A stretch of DNA of 64,000 bases, taken from NCBI GenBank assembly GCA_951406725.2, contig OX597814.1, forward strand, positions 26,350,001-26,414,000. The letters run 5' to 3'. Shown here piece by piece: positions 10,600 through 28,285 of this stretch. The number at the start of each line of letters is the position of its first letter. Position 1 is the stretch's first letter. The stretch is from Octopus vulgaris (taxonomy: Eukaryota). Made by a program: the position numbers and the translations under genes. Under the pieces are notes generated by a model. That model had not been told where the DNA came from, ran no database searches, and saw nothing but the letters and a program-made list of their open reading frames with translations.

Positions 10600-11480
10600 T
10601 GTATACATTATATACATGTGTATATATATATATATATATATATACGCATGTCTATATATAAATATGTATATATATATATAGATGTATATATATGTATCTA
10701 TATGTATATATATATATATATGTATATACGCGTATATATATATATATATATATGTATATACGCATATATATATGTATGTATATATGCTTATATATATGTA
10801 TGTATATATGCTTATATATATATATATGTATATATGCTTATATATATATATATGTATATGTATATATGCATATATATGTATATGTATATATGCATATATA
10901 TGTATATGTATATATGCATATATATGTATATGTATATATGCATATATATGTATATGTATATATGCATATATATGTATATGTATATATGCATATATATGTA
11001 TATGTATATATGCATATATATGTATATGTATATGTATATATGCATATAAGTATATGTATATATGCATATATATGTAGATATATACATATATATATGTATA
11101 TATATATTTATATATATATATATATACACACATATATTTAATGTATATAGTAACATATATAGGTATGTATATATGTGTATGTAAATACGTATTTGTATGT
11201 GTGTATATCTATACATATGTAACTATGTATCTTTATATATATATGCATGTATATGTATATATATATATATTTATAAATGCATGTGTATGGTATGTGTATA
11301 TAATACATATATATGTAAATGCGATATATATATGTATATATACATTAATATATAGATACACTATATATATGCACGCATGCACACACATGCTACATACATC
11401 GTTACATACAAACACACACACATATATATATATATATACACACACACACCACACACACACACACATATGCATATATAGTA
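10600..11480. repeat. Low-complexity array including a 24-bp minisatellite (atatatgtatatgtatatatgcat)n at ~10845-11047
   Basis: Direct inspection; gives the YAYIHIHI periodicity in the ORF track. Confidence 0.9.
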
Positions 11481-12323
11481 AACTTATTCATGCATATACA
11501 GAGACAGATGCAGACAGATAGATAAGCTCAAACACTGAGACAAAATTTCACGCACAGACCTACATGCATACAGGTGTTTTCTGATTTCAAATATCATTAT
11601 CATTATGTTTAATTCCATAATATAAAAAGTAACAAATTCATATTTCATTTACAAAAATTCTTTTACATTTCTCTTGCTACCTCTTTCTACCCACCTCTCT
11701 CCTTCTGCCTGTTTCATTGAGTGCATATGTATATGTGTGCATCTGTTTGTGTGTGTGAATGCATGTACATGTCTGGTTTGTTCTCATTTAATCTATCCCT
11801 CTCACCCTCTATCTCTCTTTCTATCTTACTAATCATATCCATATATATTTATTTGTTTTACTCTTTCTCTCTATTTTCCGCATGTATACACACACACACA
11901 TGCACACATACACATATAGAAGATGTGCACATACACATTCTGCCAAATACATATACACACACACTTCCTCTCTCGTTCACTCTTTAACAGTTTCTATTCC
12001 TTTTCTTTCTTATTATTTCTAATCTGTTTGGCAAACTTTTACAATTTGCTACCACATATTATCTCTTCATGCATCAAACTTCATTTTTTTCTTACATCAA
12101 GCATTAGAGCCTTTGCCTTCTTTTTTACTTTTCTACTTTCCGTTTACTATATGACCTTACTCCACAATTTGTAATTTGTTTATATTTAAATTTCATTTTC
12201 TTTACTTCATAAATAGGTGGCTATTGTACTTTATCTCACTTCCCAAAATAAGCTTCAATTATGTCATTCCTGCCATGACTGTTCCATGTACTATATGTAA
12301 AATATATATTTTATATAATATAT

Positions 12324-12360
<37 letters not shown>

Positions 12361-13190
12361 TTACAATATGTGTGTGTGTTTGTGCATTTATCTGTATATG
12401 TGTACATATATCTGTATGTATTTACATACACACATTATCCAGTATGTTCAAGCTGCTACATTTTAAGACTATAAAGATACAGTTTAAAATACTTGGATGC
12501 TTTTTCTTGCAGGTCAAGCATAGTAAACTTACTTAACTTCAAGTGTACAATTCTTGATTCTCCCTCCATTCCCCCCTATAGCCCTCTCTAGAAGAAGTCA
12601 GAATAGCTGTTTTGTTTGTTGCAGTATCACCTTCCAATAAAAATATATCAACAAAAGTAAAACATGACATCCACATTCTGGTAACTTAAACTGCTAAAAG
12701 TAATAGCCAAATATTCCTTGCAGCAACTTGCCTCAAAAGAAGGATGTATTGGATAAGGTAATCCCAGATCGTTGTAAAAAGGAAAAACATGATATGAGGG
12801 TCAAGGCTGGACTGTCTCGGGTCACAGGCCTGCTCGAGTTTGAGTTTTACATGTTATTTCAAAAAAGTTATATTAGGGTGAGGGCAGGGAACCTAACTTA
12901 ATAAAAAGAAAATAATAATTATAGCAACAGTAGCAGCACCAGCAGCATTGATATTAATAATTATAATAAAAATTATTTCCCACAAGGTATACAAAACAGT
13001 TCAATACTTAGCTAAGAGCATAATAGTTTGGAATGTTTAGGTACATACATACATACATACATACATGCATACATACTTATGTATACACACACACACACAA
13101 ATGCACCACCACCATTATCATCATCATTGTTATAATAATAATAATAATGATGATGATAATAATAATAATAATTATTATTATTATTATATT

Positions 13191-13532
13191 GGTGGTGGAT
13201 TGGCAGAATTGTTAGTGTTGGAAAAATTGTTTGCCAATTTACTTCTAGTGCTTCAGATTCTGAGTTCATATCTTACTGGGGTCACTTTGCATTTCATTCC
13301 TTAAAGGCTGATAAAGTGTTTATCAAGTATTGGGGTTAATGGTATCTACTAACCATCTTCCCATGAAAACTGCTGGCTTTGTACCTAAATTAGAAGCAGT
13401 TATTATTACCCTTGTATTGTTGTTTATCACATCAATTTTTTCATACTTAATACTCTGTGGCCCCACCAAACTACTTTTCACAATTTGTCCCTATGTTTTT
13501 CCTTCATATGCTACCCTCTATTTTTATTATTA

Positions 13533-13579
<47 letters not shown>

Positions 13580-13647
13580 GTTACTATTATTATTATTATT
13601 ATTATTATTATTGTTACTATTATTATTATTATTATTATTATTGTTAC

Positions 13648-13689
<42 letters not shown>

Positions 13690-13950
13690 CATTATTATTA
13701 TTATTAATCATCATCATTATCATCAAGGCTGGAAGCTAGCAGAAACATTAGCATGCTGGACAAAATGCTTAGCAGCATTTTTTCAGGCTTTATATTCTAA
13801 GTTCAAATTTCACCGAAGTCAACTTCACCCTTCATCCTTTCAGGGTTGATTAAATTAGTACCAGTTGAGCTCTGAAGTTGATGAAATTAACTAGAACCTC
13901 CTCACAAAATTTCAGGCCTTGTGCCTTTTGTAGAAAGGTTTATTATTATT
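13191..13950 (+). mobile_element. Two SINE family D copies (13191-13408, 13727-13950) flanking an (ATT)n array (13520-13720)
   Basis: tggcagaa..gttag..ttctgagttca..tttcatcctttc..aagtaccag..ggccttgtgcc pattern, shared with 25308, 35028 and 57731-58590. The central ttcatcctttc-ggg-gataaa-gtacc block resembles my recollection of the MetaSINE core. Confidence 0.7.
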
Positions 13951-15169
13951 ATTTTCAGTAGCAGTAATTTAATTTGTTATATTTTCTTAAGGTGTATAAA
14001 ATCTTAATTTACTTTCTTTTTTTCCAAAATAAAATAAAAAGCAGTAAAAAATTTAATTTCTCAAATTTACTTCTAATTATAAAAAACACGATTTTCTTCA
14101 AAACTTAAACACTTCACATCCTATTGATAACTTTCATAACTGTGTTGTATTCTTATCAATTTTTTTTATTGTTTCATCTTACCATGAAATCATGTGATTG
14201 TATATAATTCTTCAAGAAAAACCTCTATGAAACCAAATACACAAATACCTAAATACAGTTCTACACGCATATATACAATTAATGTATATGTACTTATACA
14301 TATACATATTATTTATGATTATTAAAGGAATAATATTTATTTTCTGATTCATTACATGTTTACATGCTACATATACAATTTAGTTCTTGTGTAGATGATG
14401 TATGTTAATCCTGGAAAATCATATAATAATATCTGCATATATGTAATTGTATATACATGAAAAATACTCTTATGAACACATAATAGTGTGTGTGTGTGTG
14501 TTTTATTGAAATGTATATGTATACAAAATACAAATACATATATACAAATATATGTATGTAAGTGTGCATGTGACATATGATATGAACACATATTTATACA
14601 TAAACTAACACAAGACACACTAACACAGAGACAACAACCACCACCCACATATATACATACACACACATTCATATACATCATATATGTACACACACACACA
14701 CATGTGAGTATGTGCCTGTGTACTCACAAAACTTCATAAATTGCTTGAAAACTATTGATCCAGACATATTAACACATATACAAATCCTTCCACTTACTCA
14801 GTTCTTTCTAGTACCAGCTACACCAGTTAACCATTGTCAGAATTTCACTAAGAACCTAAGGTTTAGTTTATAGCCAATTTGGGTACAAATATTAACTGCA
14901 TGTGGTAGGCAGGGCTTAGTCAAACATTCCCCTCCTATTTTCATGTGAGTCACTTGTCTCCTCTTAGTGTGATTTGCATATGTGACACCCAAAAAGGATG
15001 TGACAATAAAATTTACCCCCAACCACTTACATTAGTTCCAAGCATTGAGGATCACATTTTGGTATGCTGGGAGTGTCCGTTTCAGGGGAGAGCAGTCAAA
15101 ATGATTCCTGGACTAAGGTGAAGAAAATTTTAATGAAAATATTACTTGTAAGCAAATTTAGCTGTCCAT

Positions 15170-17250
<2,081 letters not shown>

Positions 17251-17842
17251 TGTTTATGAACGTAACTATGCAAGTAAGATGAAAAAAATTCAGATTATTT
17301 ATAGTACCCATACGATCAGTAAAACAGATATGGAAAAGAAGCATTAATAAATTTATTTATCGATATAAATCTACACATTGAGATACAGATAAGCACATGT
17401 GCATGCTCACTCACATGAGCAGCCACACACACTAACAATAACAGATACACTCACTCTTGTAGTGTACATGATATAAACAAGCTGTTAGTTACATACTGTC
17501 ACCATTATGTAGTTATTCTTTCTCCCTCCTAACAAAAAAGCAAAGAAACAGTATTGATAATGACAACATCACTGCTCTTTTAAGTGAATGTAAGTCCTTG
17601 ATGCAATTTCCGGGACACTAATTAACAGACAATAGTCGGTACCCCTGCAGGGATACACACAGAGCAAAACTCTCTCCACATGTGCAACCACTGGTAATGA
17701 TGGTGTGCGGAGAGCAGTAAGTGGTAATGTGTATGGTAGGGTTAGCAGTAAGCATAGTAGACAACCACATCAGATGTACACCGGTGGTCAGCCAATACAT
17801 TCTTCTGGCTAATGTGAACATTTTTTCTTGTAGATTGTCAAA

Positions 17843-17999
17843 ATGCTGCAGCATCAACACTGTGGAAGCAGTATGACTGGCCTCATCCCTTTCTCTCGAT
17901 TGCTTCTGCCAAACATGCGTAAGCTCGGAGTATTCCCGTTATTTATGGATTTACTGGTTATTTTATGTTACTTAGGAGTTGGAATTCCATCAGTTGCTG
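17843..17999 (+). CDS. First coding exon (exon 17834-17999) encoding an N-terminal signal peptide of a secreted or cell-surface protein
   Basis: Branch-like CTAAT at 17809-17813 and acceptor ttttttcttgtAG| at 17833. Open frame MLQHQHCGSSMTGLIPFSRLLLPNMRKLGVFPLFMDLLVILCYLGVGIPSVA (52 codons + 1 nt) has a hydrophobic core and an S-V-A cleavage-type motif. Consensus donor G|GTAAGT, phase 1. Confidence 0.8.
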
Positions 18000-18803
18000 G
18001 TAAGTAAATATAATGTTATTTTTAGTTTTGTTTGTTCTTTTTTCTAGGTAATTTTTGTTGTTTTTATTTTGATTCTCTCTAGAAATTTTCGGAATATCTT
18101 GTTGTCAAGTGATATTGTTCAGCAAAAAAAGTTTTTGCAATGGATTTTTATTTATTTATTTACTGTCATTATTATTAGTATTAATATTATTAGATAGTTA
18201 TAAATTATCATTGTAAGATTGTTATTGTCATTATTGTAACATTTGTTTTCATTACTATTAAGCAGTCAGACTATATATCATCTTATTTTTTTATGACTGA
18301 CAATACACTAAAATGTGCCTATACAATATATTATAAACCTACCTATGCAAACTACAAAGCCACCCATCCCATTTACTGTCATTTTTGATGCCTGGGGGAG
18401 AAAGAGGGTGTTGTAGATGAAGTGGGGTGGTATCTCTCCAAATGATCATCATATGAATTATAATTATGATAACAACATCCTTTTCAACTGACGAACAATT
18501 TATCATTACCAATATTAACATTATGCTGTTCTATCTACATTCAGGCTATATATTGAGATAAATACATTTCTTGAGTTCCTTGAATACCTTACTTCAATCA
18601 TTCATTGTAGAATTAGGTTACTAAACACTTCCGAAACTCACTTTATTTTTCCATTCTCCAATCTGTCATTCCACATCTTGCACATGTCAAAATAGGGTAC
18701 CCCCCATTTAACAATAAAAGAAAAATTCTTAAGGGAGAATCATTGTTATTCTTCACAAAAATGCTGTTCACATTTCAAAGAAATTCGTGTGTGTGTGCCT
18801 GTG

Positions 18804-18804
<1 letters not shown>

Positions 18805-18892
<88 letters not shown>

Positions 18893-19179
18893 GTATATAT
18901 ATATGTATATATATATGTGTATATATATATGTATATATATATGTATATATATATGTATATATATGTATATATATGTATATATATATGTATATATATGTAT
19001 ATATATGTATATATATATATGTATATATATGTATATATATATGTATATATATATATATATATATACATACACACACACTTATATACATACACGTGTATGT
19101 ATATATATACATATACACTCACACACACACATGTATAACATATATAGAAAACAGACATTAAATGATGATATATATATAC

Positions 19180-19211
<32 letters not shown>

Positions 19212-19345
19212 TGTATAACAAATATAAAAAACAGACATTAAATGATAATATATATATACAGGTACACATATATGTGCACTTAAATATATATGTATATGCA
19301 CACACACACACTCACTCACTCACTCAGACACACACACACATATAT
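18805..19345. repeat. (TA)n/(TATG)n array with an ~80-bp tandem duplication at 19120-19260
   Basis: cacacacatgtataaca..aaacagacattaaatgat occurs twice. Confidence 0.9.
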
Positions 19346-20232
19346 ATAGTGTTATTAGTTTCTGTCAATGGACAGTAGTTCTGCTGAGGCAACACCTTGA
19401 AGGTTTTAATCAAAAGTTTTGACCTCAGACAGTAACTGTCTGAAATACTTATTCGGGGCTAGTACATACGATGTTGATCTCTGTCGAATCACCAAGTCAT
19501 TGAACACAAAGGCACAACCTGAACAATACAAATCCACACACACACACACACCGATATATACATATATAAAGACATGCATATACATACTCATATTTGCATA
19601 GATATAGTTTATAGTTTATACACATATACAACAGAGGCTTCACTATAGTTTCTGTCTCCCAAATTCCACTCACATGGTATTGATCAGGTGGATGTTATTG
19701 CTAAGGATGCTTGAATAAGGTGTCATATAGTAGGAAAGAACCAATAACCATGTGATTGTAAAATGAACATCCTAACCGCTCTGCCATGACATATGTATAC
19801 ACGTGTGTGTGTGTGTGTGTTTGTGCATGTGTGCGTAATTTTTACTTTTTAATACAATAAACCAGATTTGATATTTCCCAAATTCTTCAGGAAACACGAG
19901 ATGAAATAAATGTTAGTTGTCACAGAATATAGCTTAGGTATATAGAATTACTTAGAATTAATTATATAGATCTAGATTCATATTTCTTTAAATGTGCTTG
20001 CACTGGCATAACCATTATGATGCACACATCTCTTAGTTTTGCAAAATAGAATATATATATATATATATATATACACATGTGTGAGTGAGTGTATATATAT
20101 ATATATATATTCTATATACATACATATATATATGTTCAAACCATGCCACATGATGATGATGATGATGATATGTATATAGAAAGACATGACTACATTCATA
20201 TATTTCTCTCTCTCTTTCTCTTCATATATATG

Positions 20233-20580
20233 TGGCTGGTGTTGGTATTGTGTAACTAGCACCGTGCACATAAGAAGCACCTTTTGAGCATTGGGCCTCA
20301 CAGAGGCAATGGCAGATGACTGAGACCTCTGTCAATATGCTGCCCTTGAGAAGAAGACTCATCAGTCAAGTGAAATCATAGTCATGGCAGATACTGGGGT
20401 CTCACAACTGGCACCTATGCCAGTGGCATGTAAAAGCACCCATTACACTCTTGGAATGGTTGGCATTGGGAAAGGCATCCATGTCTGACTGGAGTCTAGT
20501 GCAGCCTCCCAGTTTACCAGCCCTGGTCAAACCTTCCAATCCATACCAGCATGGACAACAGATGTTAAATGATGATGATA
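20233..20580 (+). mobile_element. RTE LINE 3' end (ORF terminus plus UTR), decayed
   Basis: GLTEAMADD*DLCQYAALEKK..; ends in cagcatggacaacagatgttaaatgatgatga. Confidence 0.75.
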
Positions 20581-20883
20581 TCTACACACATTATATATAG
20601 AGGTATATTGAGAGACACACACAAATATATGTATACACACATGCACACACACACACGCACATAAATATATGTATGATTATCTGTGTACTTATGTATTATG
20701 GTGCAAACCAGTGTGTCGAGATGTGACCCTTTCAGTCAGAATGTAAAATGGACAATCAATATACAAAGATCAATAAAACAAGCACAAGCCTTAAGCAAGT
20801 ACAGGACTCCATGTGACAACTAAAGCCATATATATCATCATCATCATCGTTTAGTGTCTGCTTTCCATGCTAGCATGGGTTGG

Positions 20884-20934
<51 letters not shown>

Positions 20935-21248
20935 AACATATATGTGTACATATGTACACACATGCAGATACACACACACACACACATACACATATATATA
21001 TATATATATAGGTGTCTGCATGTGTGTCTGTCTCTCACCACTGCTTGATAATTGATGTTCATTTGTTAATGTCTCCATAACTTAATGATTCGGCAAAAGG
21101 GATGAAGGGCGGAGGTTAATTCATTCAACTAAAAACCCTTCAAACCGGTACCCTAACAGGCTGCAGTCCAGTGACTGAGACAAGTAAAAGATATATATAT
21201 ATATACACATATACATACATATATAAATACATACATATATATATGTAA

Positions 21249-21297
<49 letters not shown>

Positions 21298-22600
21298 AAT
21301 ACATATATATATATATTTATATATATACACACACACACACATATACATACATATGTATATATACATATCACATATATACACACACACATACACATAGATT
21401 GATAGATATACTTAGTGTTTCATAATAACAAATATTAAATGAAAGATGGACTTAATACAGGATGTACTTAGTGTGAAGCCTGACTTCTGGAAATGTTGAT
21501 TTTGCAGTCAAGTTTTGTGGTTAAGAAGTTTGCTTTCAAGTCATGGGTTCATTCCCGCTACATCGCTACTTAGCCAAGTGTCTTCTACTATAACCCTAGG
21601 CTAACAAAACCTTATAAGCAGACTTCGTAGACAGAAACTAAAAGAAGCCTATTGTGTGTGTGTGTGTGTGCCTGCATTTAAGTAGTCTGTTCCCCAATAC
21701 TGCTTTACAACTAGTGTTGGTTTGTTTATGTCCTCATAATTTTGCAGGCTTAAAAGTAAGTATAGGGATCAATTTTTTTACTAGACCCTTCATGGTGGTG
21801 TACCAGCATGGTTGCAGTGCAATGGATCAGACAATCATATGATAAAAACAGGCACACACACACACATTTACAGACATTCCTACGCACAAACATGTATATT
21901 ACTGGTATCATTTTTCACTACATGCTAAAGCTGAAAGAAAGTATGATTAAATATTATACATGCTTGTAGCTAATTTTCTACACATATGATATATGAATGC
22001 ATTTGTGTGTATGTATATGTCTGTGTGTATATGTGTATTTATAGGCATGTGTATAAGCATGTACGTATATATGTATGTATATATGTCTGTATACGTATAT
22101 ACATACACATGTATCTATACATATGTGTATGTGTATATATGTATATTTGTATACATCTATATATATATGTGTGTGTGTATATATATATACAGACACACAC
22201 ACACATTTATATATACACATATATATACATATATATAATATATATGTATATATATATATATACACGTATATACATGTATATATTTATATACATTATCTAT
22301 ATATGTATGTGTGTACGTATATATATCTATATATATACATGTATTTATGTATATGTGTGTGTGTCTGTATATAGGTATATATGCATATTTATATGTATAT
22401 ATATATATATCTGTTTATCTTTATATTTCATATGTATAATACAGATATGCTTGTATGTGTGTTTGTGTGCATGCATGTAAATATGTGCACATGTATATAT
22501 ATATATATTTTTATAAATATGTATATACATATAGATATGTATATGTCCTTATATATATATACATACAGACATATACATATTTATATAAACATGCATATTA

Positions 22601-22634
<34 letters not shown>

Positions 22635-22751
22635 CGGATGTATATATATATACACACACACACACACTCACATTACATATTTATATATAATATATATCTA
22701 TATACACACGCACAGACATATACATATTTATATATATTTGTATATGTATAT

Positions 22752-23149
22752 TCTTTTATTCTTTTACTTGTTTCAGTCATTGGACTGCGGCCATGCTGGA
22801 GTGCCGCCTATAGTCACAAATCAACCCCAGGACTTATTCTTTGTAAGCCTAGTACTTGTTCTATCAGTCTATCTTGCCAAACCACTAAGTTGTGGGGACA
22901 TAAACACACCAGCATCTGTTGTCAAGCGATGTTGGGGGAATAAATACACAACACACACGCACAAGCATATACACACACACATATATGTATACGATAGGCT
23001 TCTTTCAGTTTCCATTTACCAAATATACTAACAAGGCTTTGGTCAGCCTGAGGCTATACTAGAAGACACTTGCCCATGAGTGGGACCTTGGGTCTCCGGA
23101 ACCATGTAGATGGTAAGCAAGCTACTAACCACACAGCCGCTCCTGCGCC
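22752..23149 (-). mobile_element. SINE family A, near full length
   Basis: Reverse complement of 23401-23812; ends ccacacagccgctcctgcgcc. Confidence 0.88.
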
Positions 23150-23209
23150 TACTTACATATACATATATATGTAGGTGTGCATGCATGTATATATACGTAT
23201 ATATGTATA

Positions 23210-23262
<53 letters not shown>

Positions 23263-23400
23263 ATGTATGTATGTATATCTATGTACATGTATATATATTT
23301 ATATTTAAATTTATATATATAATATGTATATAGTATATATGTATCTTTTAATATTTATTTATAAGTACTCACACACACATGTATATGTGTGTCTTGTTTA

Positions 23401-23812
23401 GGCGCAGGAGTGGCTGTGTGGTAAGTAGCTTGCTAACCAACCACATGGTTCCGGGTTCAGTCCCACTGCCTGGCATCTTGGGCAAGTGTCTTCTGCTATA
23501 GCCCCGGGCCGACCAATGCCTTGTGAGTGGATTTGGTAGACAGAAACTGAAAGAAGCCTGTCGTATATATGTATATATATATATATGTATGTGTGTGTGT
23601 TTGTGTGTCTGTGTTTGTCCCCCCCCACCATCGTTTGACAACCGATGCTGGTGTGTTTACGTCCCCGTCACTTAGCGGTTCGGCAAAAGAGACCGATAGA
23701 ATAAGTACTGGGCTTACAAAGAATAAGTCCTGGGGTCGATTTGCTCGACTAAAGGCGGTGCTCCAGCATGGCCGCAGTCAAATGACTGAAACAAGTAAAA
23801 GAGTAAAAGAGA
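23401..23812 (+). mobile_element. tRNA-derived SINE family A, best-preserved copy
   Basis: A box TGGCTGTGTGG, B box GGTTCAGTCCC, CORE-like cttgggcaagtg, internal (TA)(TG) tract, 3' stem-loop CAGTC-aaat-GACTG, (GTAAAAGA)n tail. More than 10 copies in the window. Confidence 0.92.
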
Positions 23813-24526
23813 GAGAGAGTTATGTTTAAAGCAAATTCTCTTGTTATGGATAAATATGCTTATATGTGTTAATGTACATATATATATGTGTGTATGGGTG
23901 TGTATATATGTGTGTGTCTACAGTCTTTTGCTGTTGGTTGCATTACAAAACCACAAAAACATGGTGAACTAATCCCTCTAGACCAGAATCTCTACTTCTG
24001 AATTCTGTAACATATTTATTCTAGCCCCCATGTGTGTATATACTTATAAGTACAGAAAGTGGAACTCAGGTGCTTTCAACTATGAATATTGCAATATTTG
24101 ATGAATGGAAATCCCTTTCTATTGAATTTTTCCGTAGGTGGTGGAATTTTCCAAAGATCCATCATCATCATTATTGTTTTACTTCCGCTTACCATGCTGG
24201 CCTGAGTTGTACAGATTGTCATAGTCTGATTCAGTTCTTATCTGGTGTTTCTATTATGTGTACCATGAACAAAATCCTCAGGCTGAACCAGCATGACACA
24301 GCATATGACAAGACTGGCCCTTTGAATTGTGGGTAAATTCCATCCAATTCGCATCCATAGTTTCTGTCAATCCAACTTCACACAAAAGTTTTAGGCTGAC
24401 TTGAAACTGCAGTAAAAAACATTTGCTTCAAGGTGCCATGCTGTACAATCAATCAAAGGCTTCAGAATGGCTAAGTAAATACTGTAGCCACTCAGACCAC
24501 CCACCCACCCACCCATGCAGCCCTAA

Positions 24527-24584
<58 letters not shown>

Positions 24585-25307
24585 TTCTTAGGTACTATAA
24601 GTTAAAAATTTACTATGTTATTGTTTCAAATCTATGTAGGGTTTGAATAATTAATAGCAGAGAATAAGTTGATTTGGTCCAATAGATATGAATATTCACA
24701 AAACATATGGACATGTCTGGACCAGAAATATTTGGTCAATATATCTATCTTATGTATATTCATCTTTATGTCTATATATATGTTTGTTTGTTACACATAT
24801 ACTTACATATGATACTTATGCATAGATGCATGTGTCTATGTATGCATCTGTGTATTATACAATATATACATATGTATGACTATATAATGGCAAAGAAGAT
24901 ATATATAGAAAAAAAAGAGAATTTAAAACACCATTTGTTCATAATTGAAGGGTGCAGAATTCTATTTCCATCTACAGTTTATACATAAGTTTTCAGCATC
25001 AATTTTTTAAAGCTATAAAATGGATATAAAAATGTTTTGCTTATATGCCACAAGGTCGAAACTTATAGCACCAAACAATAATAGTAACAATTTCTTTGTC
25101 TAAGCATATAAGGAAAAACAAAATATTTATGAGTCTAAATAAATTTTCATCATACTAAGAACAATATTATACACATGCACACACACACTCATATGTATGT
25201 ATGCATGCTTGCATGTATGGGCATAGGCTTGGTGATGCAAATAGGAAGATAGAACTAAAAAATGAGCATGTATATTTTTGGGGTTTATAAATAATTTGTT
25301 TAATGAA

Positions 25308-25522
25308 GGTGTTGAGCTGAGAATCATTAGCACACCAAGTAAAATGAATAGTGGCATTTCGTCCACCTATACATTCTGAGTTCAAATTTTGCCAAGGTCA
25401 ACTTTGCCTTTCATCCTTTCAGGATCAATAAAATAAGTACCAGTTGAGCATTGGGGTTGATGTAATTTACTTACTCCCTCCCCCAATATTGCTGGCCTTG
25501 TGCCAAAATTTTAGACTAATAA
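25308..25522 (+). mobile_element. SINE family D
   Basis: ttctgagttcaaattttgccaaggtcaactttgcctttcatcctttcaggatcaataaaataagtaccag. Confidence 0.75.
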
Positions 25523-25586
25523 TTGGTTTCATGGATTTGCAACACACAAAACTCTTGGACCATGAGTCACTTTGTAACTTCTGCCA

Positions 25587-25620
<34 letters not shown>

Positions 25621-27668
25621 TATTATTATGTATTTATATGGGTGTAGGCACACTGTGTGGTTAAGAAGCTTGTTTTGCAACTAGATGGTTGCAAAAGTAA
25701 AAGATGAATGGTATATATATTTGTTCCAGCTCTCTGTGTTCAGAGTTCAAATCACACCAAATTCAGTTTTGCTTTTCATTAGATTGGAGGATTGTTACAA
25801 TATCAGAAGGGTTTTCTTGAGCTTTTTATTGTAGCTTTCTGTATTCTGAGTTCTTGGGTGGTTGACTTCATCTGTTGTTCTGTTTAACATCACAACTGGA
25901 TAAATGTGAAGTTCAGCCTCTGGTAAACATTTGGGCAAGGTCTCCAATTTCAGTGTAAAATCCTTCCCTTTCACTAAACACCATCACTGCCCTTCCCTAC
26001 TTGACTATACTGCAAAACACACCCATATCTAAAAATCATCATTTTGTATATGTACATACACATACATGTGTGTGTGTACATACATATACATATGTCTTCA
26101 AAAACATACACAGTCTAATATACATGGTCAACTTTATCTAATATACACGGTCCAATTTTCCATCTTGGTATGGTTGAACTGGATATTTTGAGACCAAATG
26201 ACCTTTTTGATGCCGCCCTGATATTGGAATATCGGGTGTCTATTCTAAAACCTGGGAAACATGTTTTTTAAATAAGAATGCACACACACATGTGTGTGCT
26301 TCTAATATATATATATAGATAGATATCGCGAGATAATAGTAAAATGTAAGTTCTGTATATAATTTGTAAATCATGAAAGTCTCCAGACATCAACACAGGA
26401 AGGCATAACTGCCACCCAAACCACTGTCTACAACACCCAATACACCCACTCCAAACTTCAACCCATAAGCATAATTGAAGGGTCAGTTCTCTCCTGCAAA
26501 CCCTATTTGCTACTCATTTCTGCTTCTTGTGAAATTTGCCGCAGGACAGCAATCTGTTTTCACCCTCACTGTCCACTTCAAGTAATAACAGTAACACCAA
26601 GTGAATAATCTTTCTTGCACAGTATTTAGTATACCTATGGCTTCCTTCCTGGTTTCTTAGAACTGTATATGTCAGCTAAAAGACTCTTATCAGAGAAAAT
26701 TTTGTTTCATTTACATATAAACACACACATATTTATAAAGAGAGATGGCTACATAAATATAGATATATTTTTATGTGTGTTTGTGTGTACATTTATGAAA
26801 ATATATAAATGCATATATGTTAATACATTTTTGATATATCTATACACATATACACATTCATCATTGGCATCATTATCCTATTTTTCATGTCCACTTACTT
26901 ACATATATATGTGTGTGAGTGTATAAATATATATATACAAATATATATATATATGTATAAACATGTGTGTGTATGTGTGTGTGTGTGTTTTCATGCATAA
27001 ACAAATGAATGTATGAATACATGTATGTATGTGTATATATATTTGTATATGTATAAAAATATGTATGTATATATCTAGTTATATATTTGCGTGTGTATAA
27101 ATATTATATATTTATGTATATTCATACATAGATAAATATATGATAAGTGCTGGAGTTCATTTGTTCGACTAAAACCCTTCAAGGCAGTGCCCCAGTATGG
27201 CCACAATTTAATGACTGAAATAAGTAAAAAGCAAAAATTGCTAAGATGTTTCAATCTGCATAAATATTTATATTTATGTATTAATGTTTATGTAATGATA
27301 TATATGTTTACATCTGTTTTGTGCAAGTGTGTGCAATTAAATATATATAAATTAACTTCAGTAATCATCATATATATATATATTGGTTCTGCACTAACAT
27401 AGGTATCAATAAATTTGTACATGTATTTATACACGATTATACACAGATATAATTTTCTAAAATATTTATAAATATCCATAAACATTTGTAAGCATTTATA
27501 TATAAAACTTTCCCAAACATACACTCTCTCCCCCATTCGTACACATACCATACACAGAGATATAAACTTACTTCTACATAACCAACTGCAATACCATGGA
27601 TAATTTAACCAGGTAGACACTGAAATATCATTCTATATTTCAGAGATTTTACTTTTGCTTTCCTCTAG

Positions 27669-27702
<34 letters not shown>

Positions 27703-28125
27703 AACATATATACACATATGTATATATATACATATACACACACACACACACACACATGCACTTACACATACATACATACATACATACATACATACATACA
27801 TACATACATACATACATACACACATACATACATACATATATACATACATACATACATACATACATATGTAAATGTGTAGTATTAGGGTTGAGACTTCACA
27901 AATCATTATTCCAAGCTTCTCATAGTGTAACTTTTGAAGTCACAGCTTCCAATAAAATGTGAGATAACTCTACTTTCAGTACAGAAAATATACTTTCACA
28001 TTTTTCACACTTATGTGTGGAGTAACTATACATATGTATATATATACACATATATGTGTGTCTGTGTGTGTATGGCTGTGTATATACACACATATATTCA
28101 TTTGTCTATCTCTCTCTCTCTTTCT

Positions 28126-28186
<61 letters not shown>

Positions 28187-28211
28187 TATACACTTTATAT
28201 GTATATATACA

Positions 28212-28285
<74 letters not shown>

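Noticed and set aside
13330-13849. PolyI/polyY/polyL/polyN ORFs
   Set aside because: (ATT)n microsatellite between SINEs.
26545-26581. Possible phase-1 micro-exon (GQQSVFTLTVHF) after ccgcag
   Set aside because: Weak acceptor and donor (AA|gtaata), and it runs into a stop if extended; no support.
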